This document shows, in pieces, positions 8,040 to 17,421 of a DNA stretch of 64,000 bases. The notes under the pieces are model-generated. The model was not told the DNA's origin. It made no database searches and saw only the letters and a list, made by a program, of their open reading frames with translations. The position numbers were made by a program, and so were the translations under genes. Positions within the stretch are counted from its first letter, which is position 1. The number at the start of each line of letters is the position of its first letter. The stretch is from an uncultured Pseudomonadota bacterium (GTDB lineage: Bacteria; Pseudomonadota; Alphaproteobacteria; Rs-D84), in NCBI GenBank assembly GCA_902788485.1, contig CADAKI010000001.1, forward strand, positions 114,226 to 178,225, read 5' to 3'.

Positions 8040-10514
8040 ATGAATATTAAATCACGGCACCGTCGCCGCCTGTTTTGGACAACCGTTGTATTATTGGGCA
8101 TGGCACTCATTGGATTGATATGTATTCCGCCATTGTTAAATTTGAATAAAATGCGCCCCGTATTACAGGAAAAATTACAAACCCAAACGGGCATGCCGGT
8201 AAAAATCAACGGCAATGTAAATTTCAGTTTACTTGGGTCTGGCACGATTGTTGCACACAATGTTGAAATTCAAAACGGCAAAATCGACACGGTTTCTTTT
8301 TCTGTGCCATTTAAACAGATTTTTGATTTAACCCACGCAACATTAAACCCTGGCATCAACATCAACAACGGAAACATAAAAATTTATGATTTGTTTCCTG
8401 GGGCGATAACAAACACAATAAATATATATAATACGAACCTGGATTTTATGAATCACGAATACAAAATTGTTCGTGGCACTTTATCAAACAATAAATTTAC
8501 CGGCCAAATTCGCACCCCTCAACATAAATACGATATAAATTACGACAATGGTGAATTTGTTATTATAAACAGTAACGACAACTTGCACATCCGCGGCACA
8601 TTATTTCCCGACGGTGGGGCTGCGGGCGAAATGTCAATCAGTACCCCCGACATAAACAAATGGTTTGAATTTGAAAATCCAAAAATCAACGAGCCCGTAT
8701 CATTATCAATGGAATTTAATTGGGATGGCGGATACGGATTTGATTTCACAAACATTGTTGCAAACAATTACACCGGCAACATAAAATTATTACCCAACGG
8801 ATATAAACACATAAACTTTTCATCCGAAAATGCAAAATTGGATTTATCTTTTATTGCACACGACAAAAGCATGTTAAACAACACGGATTTAACATTGGAT
8901 TTATCGGGTCAAATAAAATTCCAAGACAACACTTTTTCAACCGTAAAAATAAACGCATCTGGAAAAAACAACACATTGGAATTGAAACATGTTGTAATTG
9001 ACCACATTGAATTAACCGGCGGCACATATGATAACGACGGACTGCACAACACAAAATTACATATAAACAACATGGGTGAAAAATTTAACTGTAAATTTTC
9101 CGGCACACCACAAAAATGGGAATGTAAAAATTTTAACTATGGCGATATATCCGGCGAAATTACATCAGACAATGGCATATTCCATATCACCGCGACATCC
9201 ACGGGACCAATGCCAAAAATACAAACGATACGCAAATTAATATCACGCATTGGCGACAATGGCACCATTGATTTCACATTTTCTGATATGTCCGGAAACA
9301 TGGTTGTGACACCCAAACAGATATTACCAAAATTCAATTTTGCAAACAACACAACATTACGCGATTTAAATATCGACATAAAATTCTTGCCAGAATTTAT
9401 GTCAACAACACGCGGCACATATACATATAAAAACAACAAAAAAACATTTATTCCACAAAACAAACAATGGACATTAGAAATCGATGAAAACAAATTCGTA
9501 ATCACGGGTGTAAATTTCAAACAATGGTTGCCGGGTATGGATTTACAATTTTTGAACGACATGGCATACGCGGTATCTGGGACATTTAATAACGATACAA
9601 TCGGTGATTTAAACATAATGATTGGCGACAAAATACTATCCGGCACCGCGACGAAATCCGGCATAACATTGGACATCGATGTTTTGAACCTGGATAATTT
9701 TATCAGTCCGATATACCGTGAAAAATATTCCGAAGAAAAATTTTTAACCAATCATCCATTGGCGACATTGTTTGATTTACCAATAAACATTTCGTTATCT
9801 GCGAACACAATGATTTTAGAAAACACAAAATACAGAAATTTTGTATATTCGTTAAAACCCAACATCCAGGTATTTTCAATATCTGATGCCAGTCGCGGCA
9901 ATATGTTGACCATCATAGAAAAGAAAAAATTTGATTACGATATTTCTATTCAATTAAACAAATTCCAAGTGACGGGCGAATTGTTAAAATTCGACGCCCC
10001 ATTTAACATCCGCAATTCCACCATCACGGCCGAGGTTAAATTACACACATCGGGTCAAACCGCAAATGATTTGGTATATAATTTATCTGGCGATATTGAT
10101 GCGATATTGACAGGCGGCACAATATCCGGCATCGGGTTCGATGCGTTTTATGCCGCATCCGAAAATTTAACAATATTAAATGCCGAATATGCATTGGGCG
10201 CCGCATTAGAATCCGGCAAAACACGATTAAAGAAATTAAAAATTACCGGCACATATAAAAACGGCAATTTTGAAACAACAAAACCATTTACGATATCAAT
10301 GGCACATGTCGATGGTGTTGGCGCATTATTTATCAACAATCGTGTTATGACCGGAACATTTGAATTTGTCTTGCGTGGCACGGCACCAAAACCGGCATCG
10401 ATTGAAATGACACTAACCGAATCCGGTCGTCGCCAATATTCAATCACAGATATCATAAACAACCTGGACATTGGATACATGCGTGCATTTACCAAAACAA
10501 ATAATAAATTCTGA
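8040..10514 (+). CDS. AsmA-family outer-membrane biogenesis protein
   Basis: 824 aa; N-terminal membrane anchor RRRLFWTTVVLLGMALIGL, then a long repetitive beta-rich periplasmic region typical of the AsmA family. Confidence 0.6.
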   Translation: MNIKSRHRRRLFWTTVVLLGMALIGLICIPPLLNLNKMRPVLQEKLQTQTGMPVKINGNVNFSLLGSGTIVAHNVEIQNGKIDTVSFSVPFKQIFDLTHATLNPGININNGNIKIYDLFPGAITNTINIYNTNLDFMNHEYKIVRGTLSNNKFTGQIRTPQHKYDINYDNGEFVIINSNDNLHIRGTLFPDGGAAGEMSISTPDINKWFEFENPKINEPVSLSMEFNWDGGYGFDFTNIVANNYTGNIKLLPNGYKHINFSSENAKLDLSFIAHDKSMLNNTDLTLDLSGQIKFQDNTFSTVKINASGKNNTLELKHVVIDHIELTGGTYDNDGLHNTKLHINNMGEKFNCKFSGTPQKWECKNFNYGDISGEITSDNGIFHITATSTGPMPKIQTIRKLISRIGDNGTIDFTFSDMSGNMVVTPKQILPKFNFANNTTLRDLNIDIKFLPEFMSTTRGTYTYKNNKKTFIPQNKQWTLEIDENKFVITGVNFKQWLPGMDLQFLNDMAYAVSGTFNNDTIGDLNIMIGDKILSGTATKSGITLDIDVLNLDNFISPIYREKYSEEKFLTNHPLATLFDLPINISLSANTMILENTKYRNFVYSLKPNIQVFSISDASRGNMLTIIEKKKFDYDISIQLNKFQVTGELLKFDAPFNIRNSTITAEVKLHTSGQTANDLVYNLSGDIDAILTGGTISGIGFDAFYAASENLTILNAEYALGAALESGKTRLKKLKITGTYKNGNFETTKPFTISMAHVDGVGALFINNRVMTGTFEFVLRGTAPKPASIEMTLTESGRRQYSITDIINNLDIGYMRAFTKTNNKF

Positions 10515-10530
10515 TACAAAAACAATACAA

Positions 10531-10563
10531 AAAAAACACTCGCAGAAATCGCGAGTGTTTTTA
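10531..10563. terminator. Bidirectional rho-independent terminator
   Basis: acactcgc-agaaat-gcgagtgt hairpin flanked by A-run and T-run, between convergent asmA and aspS. Confidence 0.6.
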
Positions 10564-10570
10564 TATTGGT

Positions 10571-12352
10571 TTAATTTTTCTTGCGGATTTGAATATGCAC
10601 ATCACGCAACTGTTGTTCAGAAACCTCGTTCGGTGACCCCATCAACAAATCTTGACCGCGTTGATTTGCCGGGAACGCAACGATTTCACGAACACTGTCG
10701 CCGATGCCCAAAATTTCCGACACCACGCGTTCAATACCAAACGCACAACCACCATGCGGTGGCGCACCATATTGAAACGCGGTGTATAATCCTGAAAAGT
10801 TTTTCTCGACCGCCTCTAATGGATAACCGGCAATTTCGAAACATTTTTTCATGACTTCTGGATTGTAATTACGCAATCCCCCACTGCAAATTTCCATCCC
10901 GTTCAAAACCATATCAAATTGTGCTGCCTTGATAGAAAACGGGTCACGCGTTGACAATTCATCCACAGAATCTATCAACGGATACGAAAACGGATTATGC
11001 GTAAATTTCGGCGCCCCACCACGGTCTTCATCCGGTTCAAAGAACGGGAAATTATCGACCCAGCAAAATGCGAAATCACGCGGTTTTACCAATCCCAAAT
11101 CTGCACCCAATTTATTGCGCAATTTGCCAGACGCCTTTGCCGCGTTATCCACCATGTCGCAAACAAAGAATACGGATGAATTATCGCCCGCAATGTCGCG
11201 CAATTTTGCGATACGCGCCGCATCCAATTTCTTTGCAACGGGCCCTTTGGCATCATTACCGGCAAAAACGATATATCCCAATCCGCCCAATCCTAATTCT
11301 CGTGTTGCATATTCGCCCAATTTATCAAACCAAGAACGCGGCTTGTCTGCGGTATTTGGTGCCGGCACCGCACGCACCACGGCACCCGATTCAATCGCAT
11401 TTGCAAATATTCCAAATTCAGACCCGCGGAAAATTTCCGTCACATCCGAAATTAAAATTGGATTACGCAAATCGGGTTTATCGCACCCATATTTCAACAT
11501 TGCATCATCATACGAAATATGTGGTATTGTCGGATACACATTGGCGTCGGGGGCAAATGTTTTAACCAATTCCGGCATAATTGCCTCACCCACGGCCTGG
11601 ATATCTGGGACATCAACAAAAGACATTTCCATATCCAACTGATAAAATTCTAACAACCGGTCGGCGCGTAAATCTTCATCACGAAAACATGGCGCGATTT
11701 GAAAATACCGGTCAAATCCCGACACCTGTAATAATTGTTTAAACATTTGTGGTGCCTGGGGCAACGCATAAAATTTACCATGATGCAGGCGACTTGGCAC
11801 CAAAAAACTGCGTGCACCTTCGGGTGAATCCGCGGTCAACAACGGTGTTTGAAATTCAGAAAATCCCAAATCCCACATTTTGTCACGCAACCACTTCATC
11901 ATTTTATTGCGCATCAAAATATTATAGTGTAATTTTTCACGCCGCAAATCCAAGAACCGATATTTATAACGCAATTCTTCGGATGTTTCATCATCGCCAA
12001 ACACCTGGAAAGGCAAAACATCGGCATTGGTTAAAATTTTGACGTCCGCTGCCGCCGCCTGGATTTCAATGTGTCCGGTTGGGATTTTATCGTTTATCGC
12101 ATCCGACGCCCGCGCAACAACCTGGCCCGTGATTTGCACCACGGATTCCGGACGAATGCGTTCCAACACTTCATCCCCACCATCAAACACACATTGTGTA
12201 ATACCATAATTATCGCGCAGGTCCACAAACAACAACGACCCATGGTCGCGTTTGCGATGCACCCACCCCGCCAAAGTCACGGTTTCACCAACATTTGAAA
12301 TATTTAATTCGCCGCATGTATGCGTTCTGTATTTAGATTTCAATGATAACAT
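10571..12352 (-). CDS. aspS: Aspartyl-tRNA synthetase
   Basis: 593 aa; class II aaRS motifs, OB-fold N-terminus, GGxxIER motif 3. Confidence 0.95.
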   Translation of the reverse strand: MLSLKSKYRTHTCGELNISNVGETVTLAGWVHRKRDHGSLLFVDLRDNYGITQCVFDGGDEVLERIRPESVVQITGQVVARASDAINDKIPTGHIEIQAAAADVKILTNADVLPFQVFGDDETSEELRYKYRFLDLRREKLHYNILMRNKMMKWLRDKMWDLGFSEFQTPLLTADSPEGARSFLVPSRLHHGKFYALPQAPQMFKQLLQVSGFDRYFQIAPCFRDEDLRADRLLEFYQLDMEMSFVDVPDIQAVGEAIMPELVKTFAPDANVYPTIPHISYDDAMLKYGCDKPDLRNPILISDVTEIFRGSEFGIFANAIESGAVVRAVPAPNTADKPRSWFDKLGEYATRELGLGGLGYIVFAGNDAKGPVAKKLDAARIAKLRDIAGDNSSVFFVCDMVDNAAKASGKLRNKLGADLGLVKPRDFAFCWVDNFPFFEPDEDRGGAPKFTHNPFSYPLIDSVDELSTRDPFSIKAAQFDMVLNGMEICSGGLRNYNPEVMKKCFEIAGYPLEAVEKNFSGLYTAFQYGAPPHGGCAFGIERVVSEILGIGDSVREIVAFPANQRGQDLLMGSPNEVSEQQLRDVHIQIRKKN

Positions 12353-12621
12353 TTGTTTACACCCTTTGTTTTGATTGGATGCCGAAAAACCAGAATTTTT
12401 GGCACCAAACGATTATTATTTTCCGGGGCGCGAAATACCCGCGCGGTGCCACCCGAATTTATCACTTAGTCACACTGGGTTTTGACATCTCCATGGTTGT
12501 CAGTCACTTCATCGACGCCGTCCCCATAAAATATACGTTTATGATATAATCAAAAATCCCCATTTGCAAGATAATTTACCAAACACTTGATTTTTTGTAT
12601 TTATTGATATAGCATTTATCA

Positions 12622-12795
12622 TGCACGGGGAGTCCCCGAGCTGGAGATTTACACTCCACGTCAAACGAGTCCGGAGGGACTAAAAATACTCCAACCTTGG
12701 TTGGAGGGTGTGAATATATTGAATAAGCACGCTATTTCGTTTGACATAGTTGTAAAACTCCAACCACTATTTTTAGTGGTGTTTTTATTTTTCTA
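12622..12795 (+). ncRNA. Candidate structured small RNA (identity unknown)
   Basis: Putative promoter TTGATT-17-TAGCAT at 12587-12615. About 170 nt with no plausible ORF, containing several perfect hairpins (cggggag/tccccg, gtcc-GGAG-ggac, ctccaacc-tt-ggttggag). Ends in a terminator hairpin ccactatttttagtgg plus T-run at 12765-12795. Confidence 0.3.
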
Positions 12796-12813
12796 AAAAC
12801 CAAGAGTACAACT

Positions 12814-13182
12814 ATGCGACGCTTACCAAAAAGGTTTTACCAAGGCGATACCGTATCTGACCCCGCAAACCAAGAACCATTAAAAATAATGAATAAACTT
12901 TTGTCAGAAATTCGCGCCCAAATTCCGAACCAATCTGCGGTGGCACAATTTGATAAAATACACGATAAAATCATAAAACAATTTTTAATGTCTTATCCGT
13001 TCAAACTGCGCAAAATGACCGATGAATTTCCATTTCAATTAAATATGACTATCGCAATCACATGCGCAAACAAAAAACAAAAAATCAAAAGCAAAAAAAT
13101 CTATAATGATTTGGACACGATAAATAAAATCGCAGTAGAAAATATTTATAAATTTACGCACTTAAAAAAGGTTGGTTTTTAA
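12814..13182 (+). CDS. Hypothetical 122-aa protein
   Basis: ORF followed by a clean terminator. Confidence 0.4.
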   Translation: MRRLPKRFYQGDTVSDPANQEPLKIMNKLLSEIRAQIPNQSAVAQFDKIHDKIIKQFLMSYPFKLRKMTDEFPFQLNMTIAITCANKKQKIKSKKIYNDLDTINKIAVENIYKFTHLKKVGF

Positions 13183-13196
13183 ACCAACCTTTTTAT
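13165..13196. terminator. Bidirectional rho-independent terminator
   Basis: aaaaaaggttggtttttaaaccaacctttttatt: stem ggttggt/accaacc between A- and T-runs. Confidence 0.6.
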
Positions 13197-14794
13197 TATC
13201 TATTATGTTGCACTTTTTTCAACACACCACGATTGACCAAATGTGCGCGTTGCTGCGCCCGGGTTGCGTGTTCAAATTTGCTGTGATGACCCAAATCGCC
13301 ACCACGTGCATTGACGCGTTCGCGTGCCATTTTTTGAACACCAATACCGCGTTCACCGGCGGCATTGATAACATTTAATAATTCAGATTGCTGGGCCGCG
13401 GACAATTTTTGATTACCGTTCACGGCCAAATTCAACACATCAATATTAAACCCATATTCACGATAAATGAAATAAGTATACGCAACGCGTTCAACACTGA
13501 TTGAATCATTTAACACCAAATTACCATTTTTTACCTGGTTATTTAATTTGGTCATAACATCATTTTTATTTTTTTCGCCGGCGATAATATCCATTGCCGA
13601 ATTGCAATAATTATTCATCGCATCTATATACGCCGTATCAAACGCAACCGGCGCATCATACGATTGAATTGTTTTATTCGCATCGTTTTTCACAACCACA
13701 CGCGCCTGTTTAACCGTTTTGACTTCTTTTATTTCTTTTTTCTGCGGTTCTGGCGAATTTTTGGTTGTTTTTACACCCAACGCAGAAATTCCGACCCCCA
13801 ACAAAGCCATGCCAATAACCGGCAACGCAACACGCGCAATAGTTTTGAACCAATGTTTTTTATCGGCATTTTCTGATTTTTTATTTTCGCGCATTTTACG
13901 ACGTTCGGATTTTTTTGTTTCAAAATCTTGTTTCAAATTTTGTAATTTAACCGTCACATCACTATAAAAATTAGACACCGCCCCAACAACATTTTGAATT
14001 TTTTGTTCACGACGCGATGCGCGTTCTTGGCGACGCGTCACCCGTTCTTGACGACGGTTATTGCGTTGTTGTGTTTTTTCCGCGCGTTTTTGTTCACGCA
14101 ACTGACTTGCCGTCATTTTGTCCGCACCAGGCATCGTCACAACAACCGTTTGTTTTTTCAAATCATTAATTCTTTGTTCCAAAATATATTTTGCACGCGA
14201 TGCGACATCACCATCAACACACGGATAACAAACCCCAGATATAAATTTCAGACACGATTCCAAATCTTCATCCGCCACCACAACATTACCATTGGTAATT
14301 CCGCGAGCATACGCATACGCACACGCACGATATTGTTCGATTTTTTTATTATACCACGGCGCGCGTTTTCCATCAGAAACCTTGTCAGAAACATTTTTAT
14401 AATATTCGCGCATTTTATCCATATCATGCCGCGACAATTTCTGCACATTTGTTTCAATCGGCGACAAAACGCGTTGCAAGAACCGACGAGTGTTATACTG
14501 TTCAACAAAATAAAACACATCAAAATCCGCATACTTTTGCAAATCATTTAATAATCTTTCACGACGCATTTGTTCAAAATTATCAACCAACAACGCAAAA
14601 TATTTAACATCATCACTGGAAATATTTTGCATATTTGATTGATACATATATAAATATTCATCTGCATTACGCATGGCATCATTATACATGCGCCGTACAC
14701 GACGGGCACCACAGTTATCCGCCAAACGCAATTTTGCAAACCGATAATTACGAATAATTTTTAAAATTTTTTTCTTGTCTAATTCTGTCAGCAT
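13196..14794 (-). CDS. Hypothetical 533-aa bitopic membrane protein with a very basic coiled-coil segment
   Basis: Start at the ATG at 14794 (RBS AGAGGG). Central RRQERVTRRQERASRREQK segment, single TM FKTIARVALPVIGMALLGVGISALGV, C-terminal 230-aa domain; no recognisable family. Confidence 0.45.
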   Translation of the reverse strand: MLTELDKKKILKIIRNYRFAKLRLADNCGARRVRRMYNDAMRNADEYLYMYQSNMQNISSDDVKYFALLVDNFEQMRRERLLNDLQKYADFDVFYFVEQYNTRRFLQRVLSPIETNVQKLSRHDMDKMREYYKNVSDKVSDGKRAPWYNKKIEQYRACAYAYARGITNGNVVVADEDLESCLKFISGVCYPCVDGDVASRAKYILEQRINDLKKQTVVVTMPGADKMTASQLREQKRAEKTQQRNNRRQERVTRRQERASRREQKIQNVVGAVSNFYSDVTVKLQNLKQDFETKKSERRKMRENKKSENADKKHWFKTIARVALPVIGMALLGVGISALGVKTTKNSPEPQKKEIKEVKTVKQARVVVKNDANKTIQSYDAPVAFDTAYIDAMNNYCNSAMDIIAGEKNKNDVMTKLNNQVKNGNLVLNDSISVERVAYTYFIYREYGFNIDVLNLAVNGNQKLSAAQQSELLNVINAAGERGIGVQKMARERVNARGGDLGHHSKFEHATRAQQRAHLVNRGVLKKVQHNR

Positions 14795-14948
14795 AACAAC
14801 CCTCTGTAATAAACATAAAACCCAAGATATACCCCAAATCACAAATTGTCAACAACAAATAATCATATTAAATAAAATAAAACCACCAAGTGGTGGTCTT
14901 TTATAAATGAAAATTCGTGGTCCACCACACAAAGCCCTTGGCAAAGTG

Positions 14949-14967
14949 TGGTAGCGGGAGAGGGACT
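14949..14967 (-). repeat. 19-bp exact duplicate of the 3' end (acceptor/T-stem plus CCA) of the tRNA at 15114-15190
   Basis: tggtagcgggagagggact is identical to 15114-15132. An inverted T-arm-like fragment (gtcggccccgggggtcctcgtccc, 15043-15066) lies between the two copies. Confidence 0.7.
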
Positions 14968-15077
14968 GTATAATCCCATTGCTTTGCAATGGGCCCCTTT
15001 CCAAATCGCAACGGTTTCGCTGTGTTATACTTGCGAAACCTGCTATTTTGTCGGCCCCGGGGGTCCTCGTCCCTTTG

Positions 15078-15106
15078 TTAAAAAAAAAACGACCCTTGTG
15101 GTCGTT
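15078..15106 (-). terminator. Rho-independent terminator downstream of tRNA(CAU)
   Basis: Minus-strand aacgaccacaagggtcgtt hairpin followed by T10. Confidence 0.6.
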
Positions 15107-15113
15107 ATTATTT

Positions 15114-15190
15114 TGGTAGCGGGAGAGGGACTCGGACCCCCGACACGTGGATTATGATTCCACTGCTCTAACCAGCTGAGCTATCCCGCC
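15114..15190 (-). tRNA. tRNA with CAU anticodon (elongator Met or Ile2-lysidine; not distinguishable by eye)
   Basis: GGCGGGATAGCTCAGCTGGTTAGAGCAGTGGAATCATAATCCACGTGTCGGGGGTCCGAGTCCCTCTCCCGCTACCA; cloverleaf folds. T-loop is UCCGAGU rather than the canonical UUCGAAU. Confidence 0.7.
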
Positions 15191-15277
15191 AAGTAGACGC
15201 ATTATAACAGAGTTTTTTTTAATTGCAATTATTTTTAATTCGTTTTAGTTTTATTATAAAACAAAAGGAAAAATCAT

Positions 15278-15910
15278 ATGAAAATCTTTGAAAAACGCCC
15301 ACATGGCAACGGTCACATGTATGTTTATTTGTGTGGCATAAAAATTATGTCTTATAAACCCGACCAATTCATAAACGGCGAAAATAATGTCATCGACATA
15401 CCGAAAAATGCGGCGTTTAAAATACAAATCGTTGGAAATAATAACAAAATCACAATGGCTGATACGACATATAACCCACATGCGGAAATAAAAATTGGCA
15501 CCGGTGGCGCAACCCATAATTGTGAAATTAAAATTGGAAAAAACCTGCACGTGGGCAGTATGGAATTTGTCACCCCAATCCAAGAAGATGGGATGAAAAT
15601 CGAAATTGGTGATGACACCATGTTTTCGGTTGGGACAAAGATTTTGCCGTCTGATTCACATGCCATATTTGACGAAACGGGGCGTGTTCGCAATATTGGT
15701 AAATTTATAAAAATCGGCAATCATGTATGGGTTGGCGCAAATGTGACAATTTGTAAAAACACCGAAATTGCCGATGGATGCATGGTTGGCACCGGCAGTG
15801 TGGTTGCCGGCAAATTCACCGAACCAAATTGCGTAATTGCCGGAAATCCGGCACGTGTTGTGCGTCACAACATAAAATGGGATGTGCATTTACCCAAAGA
15901 ATTTTTATAA
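15278..15910 (+). CDS. Hexapeptide-repeat (left-handed beta-helix) acetyltransferase
   Basis: 210 aa; repeated [LIV]G.. hexapeptides (IGNHVWVGANVTI, IADGCMVGTGSVV, VIAGNPARVV) typical of sugar or xenobiotic O-acetyltransferases. Confidence 0.6.
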   Translation: MKIFEKRPHGNGHMYVYLCGIKIMSYKPDQFINGENNVIDIPKNAAFKIQIVGNNNKITMADTTYNPHAEIKIGTGGATHNCEIKIGKNLHVGSMEFVTPIQEDGMKIEIGDDTMFSVGTKILPSDSHAIFDETGRVRNIGKFIKIGNHVWVGANVTICKNTEIADGCMVGTGSVVAGKFTEPNCVIAGNPARVVRHNIKWDVHLPKEFL

Positions 15911-15959
15911 CCATAAAATTGTTGATTTTTATCACGAAACCGATATAATGTGCGCAATC

Positions 15960-16033
15960 GCCCTAATAGTCTAGTGGTAAAACACGTCCTTGGTAAGGAC
16001 GAGTCGCAAGTCCGATTCTTGCTTAGGGCACCA
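15960..16033 (+). tRNA. tRNA-Thr (GGU)
   Basis: GCCCTAATAGTCTAGTGGTAAAACACGTCCTTGGTAAGGACGAGTCGCAAGTCCGATTCTTGCTTAGGGCACCA; anticodon loop TTGGTAA. T-loop UCCGAUU is again non-canonical. Confidence 0.7.
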
Positions 16034-16143
16034 CACTTTGCCATTTGAAATAATTTATATTCGTAATACATACAAAAACACCCGTAAAAACCGACAAATA
16101 ATTCAATTTGTATTTATCCCCAAAATATGATACCATTACACCC

Positions 16144-16719
16144 ATGATGAAAAAGATTTTGTTTTTAATTGCAATTATTTTGCCAACTACCGTGATGGCA
16201 GAATCTTGTTTTTTACCCGAAACCAACCCGTTCATGGGTAAATATCAAAACCAGATGTTTTATGGCATCGGCCAAGGATTCGATACCGGTATTTTATTAC
16301 CGCCACCGGTTCGCCCGGTCCCGTTCTATATTGGGACAATCACATATTCGCAACCGACAACATTTTTCCGTATTCCGGCGCGGCGCAATTTGAACATTTC
16401 GCAAACACTGGGACTGTATCAAAAATACGGATGGAAATGGCAAAACTATACAATTCCTATCGTTTACGCAACCGAAGATATCGCCCTGTTCCGGTATCAT
16501 GATTTATATGCCGGTGTTGGCGCGGGTGTCGGACTCCAGGCCAAGGAAAACAAACGCCTGGGCGCAAAATTGGTATTTCAATTCAAGGTGTCAATCGGTT
16601 ATAACATCACAGATGAATGGGCGACTGAATTTTTCATCCAACATTTTTCAAACGCAAACACGGCGGACGACAACCACTCTTACGCATTTTACGGATTGGG
16701 TTTAACGCATAATTTTTAA
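16144..16719 (+). CDS. PagL-like lipid A 3-O-deacylase / small outer-membrane beta-barrel
   Basis: Signal peptide MMKKILFLIAIILPTTVMA, catalytic-looking FIQHFSNAN (HxSN) near the C-terminus, terminal aromatic ..GLGLTHNF. Confidence 0.5.
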   Translation: MMKKILFLIAIILPTTVMAESCFLPETNPFMGKYQNQMFYGIGQGFDTGILLPPPVRPVPFYIGTITYSQPTTFFRIPARRNLNISQTLGLYQKYGWKWQNYTIPIVYATEDIALFRYHDLYAGVGAGVGLQAKENKRLGAKLVFQFKVSIGYNITDEWATEFFIQHFSNANTADDNHSYAFYGLGLTHNF

Positions 16720-17382
16720 TTACCAATCTATTGGTTGAAAACCGTGTTGGATTAAATACTCATTTGCCTGGGAAAAATGTTTACATCCAAAAAATCCACG
16801 ATATGCCGACAATGGCGACGGATGCACAGATTTCAAAATTAAATTTTGTGACGCGTCCACAAACGCGGCTTTCTTTTGGGCATAAGACCCCCACAACATA
16901 TACACAATATTTTTGCGCCGTGCCAATGCCGCAATCACCGCATCGGTAAATTGTTCCCACCCACGCCCCGTGTGCGACGCCGCCAAATGTGCACGAACCG
17001 TCAATGTAGAATTTAACAACAAAACCCCTTGTTTTGCCCAATGTGTCAAATCACCGTGTGTGGATGACGGGCGCCCCAAATCAGATTCTATTTCACGATA
17101 AATATTTTGCAACGATGGTGGCAATGTCACGCCATCCGGCACCGAAAAACACAATCCCATGGCCTGGCCCGGTTCGTGATATGGGTCTTGACCAATAATA
17201 ACAACACGCACATCGTCAACCGGACATAAATTAAACGCACTGAAAATATTGCGCGCCGCAGGATAAATTGCGCGTCCCGATAAATATTCCGCACGCACAA
17301 AATCGGTCAAATTTCGAAAATAATCTTTATCAAATTCCGGCGCCAATTCGCGTTTCCAAGATTCTTCGATTTTTACATCCAT
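16720..17382 (-). CDS. ung: Uracil-DNA glycosylase
   Basis: GQDPYHEPGQAMGLCFSV and HPSPLS motifs. Confidence 0.9.
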   Translation of the reverse strand: MDVKIEESWKRELAPEFDKDYFRNLTDFVRAEYLSGRAIYPAARNIFSAFNLCPVDDVRVVIIGQDPYHEPGQAMGLCFSVPDGVTLPPSLQNIYREIESDLGRPSSTHGDLTHWAKQGVLLLNSTLTVRAHLAASHTGRGWEQFTDAVIAALARRKNIVYMLWGSYAQKKAAFVDASQNLILKSVHPSPLSAYRGFFGCKHFSQANEYLIQHGFQPIDW

Positions 17383-17421
17383 TTTATTATCCTCTTTATA
17401 AAATTGATTTGTATGAAATTA

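Noticed and set aside
12585-12795. tmRNA (including two-piece alphaproteobacterial type), SRP RNA, RNase P or 6S RNA identity for the structured intergenic region
   Set aside because: No tag-peptide reading frame (ANDN..) or GGGG/CCA tRNA-like ends. The GUCC-GGAG-GGAC hairpin has a GGAG rather than the SRP GGAA tetraloop, and its flanks do not match. It is too short for RNase P, and there is no 6S-like terminal stem.
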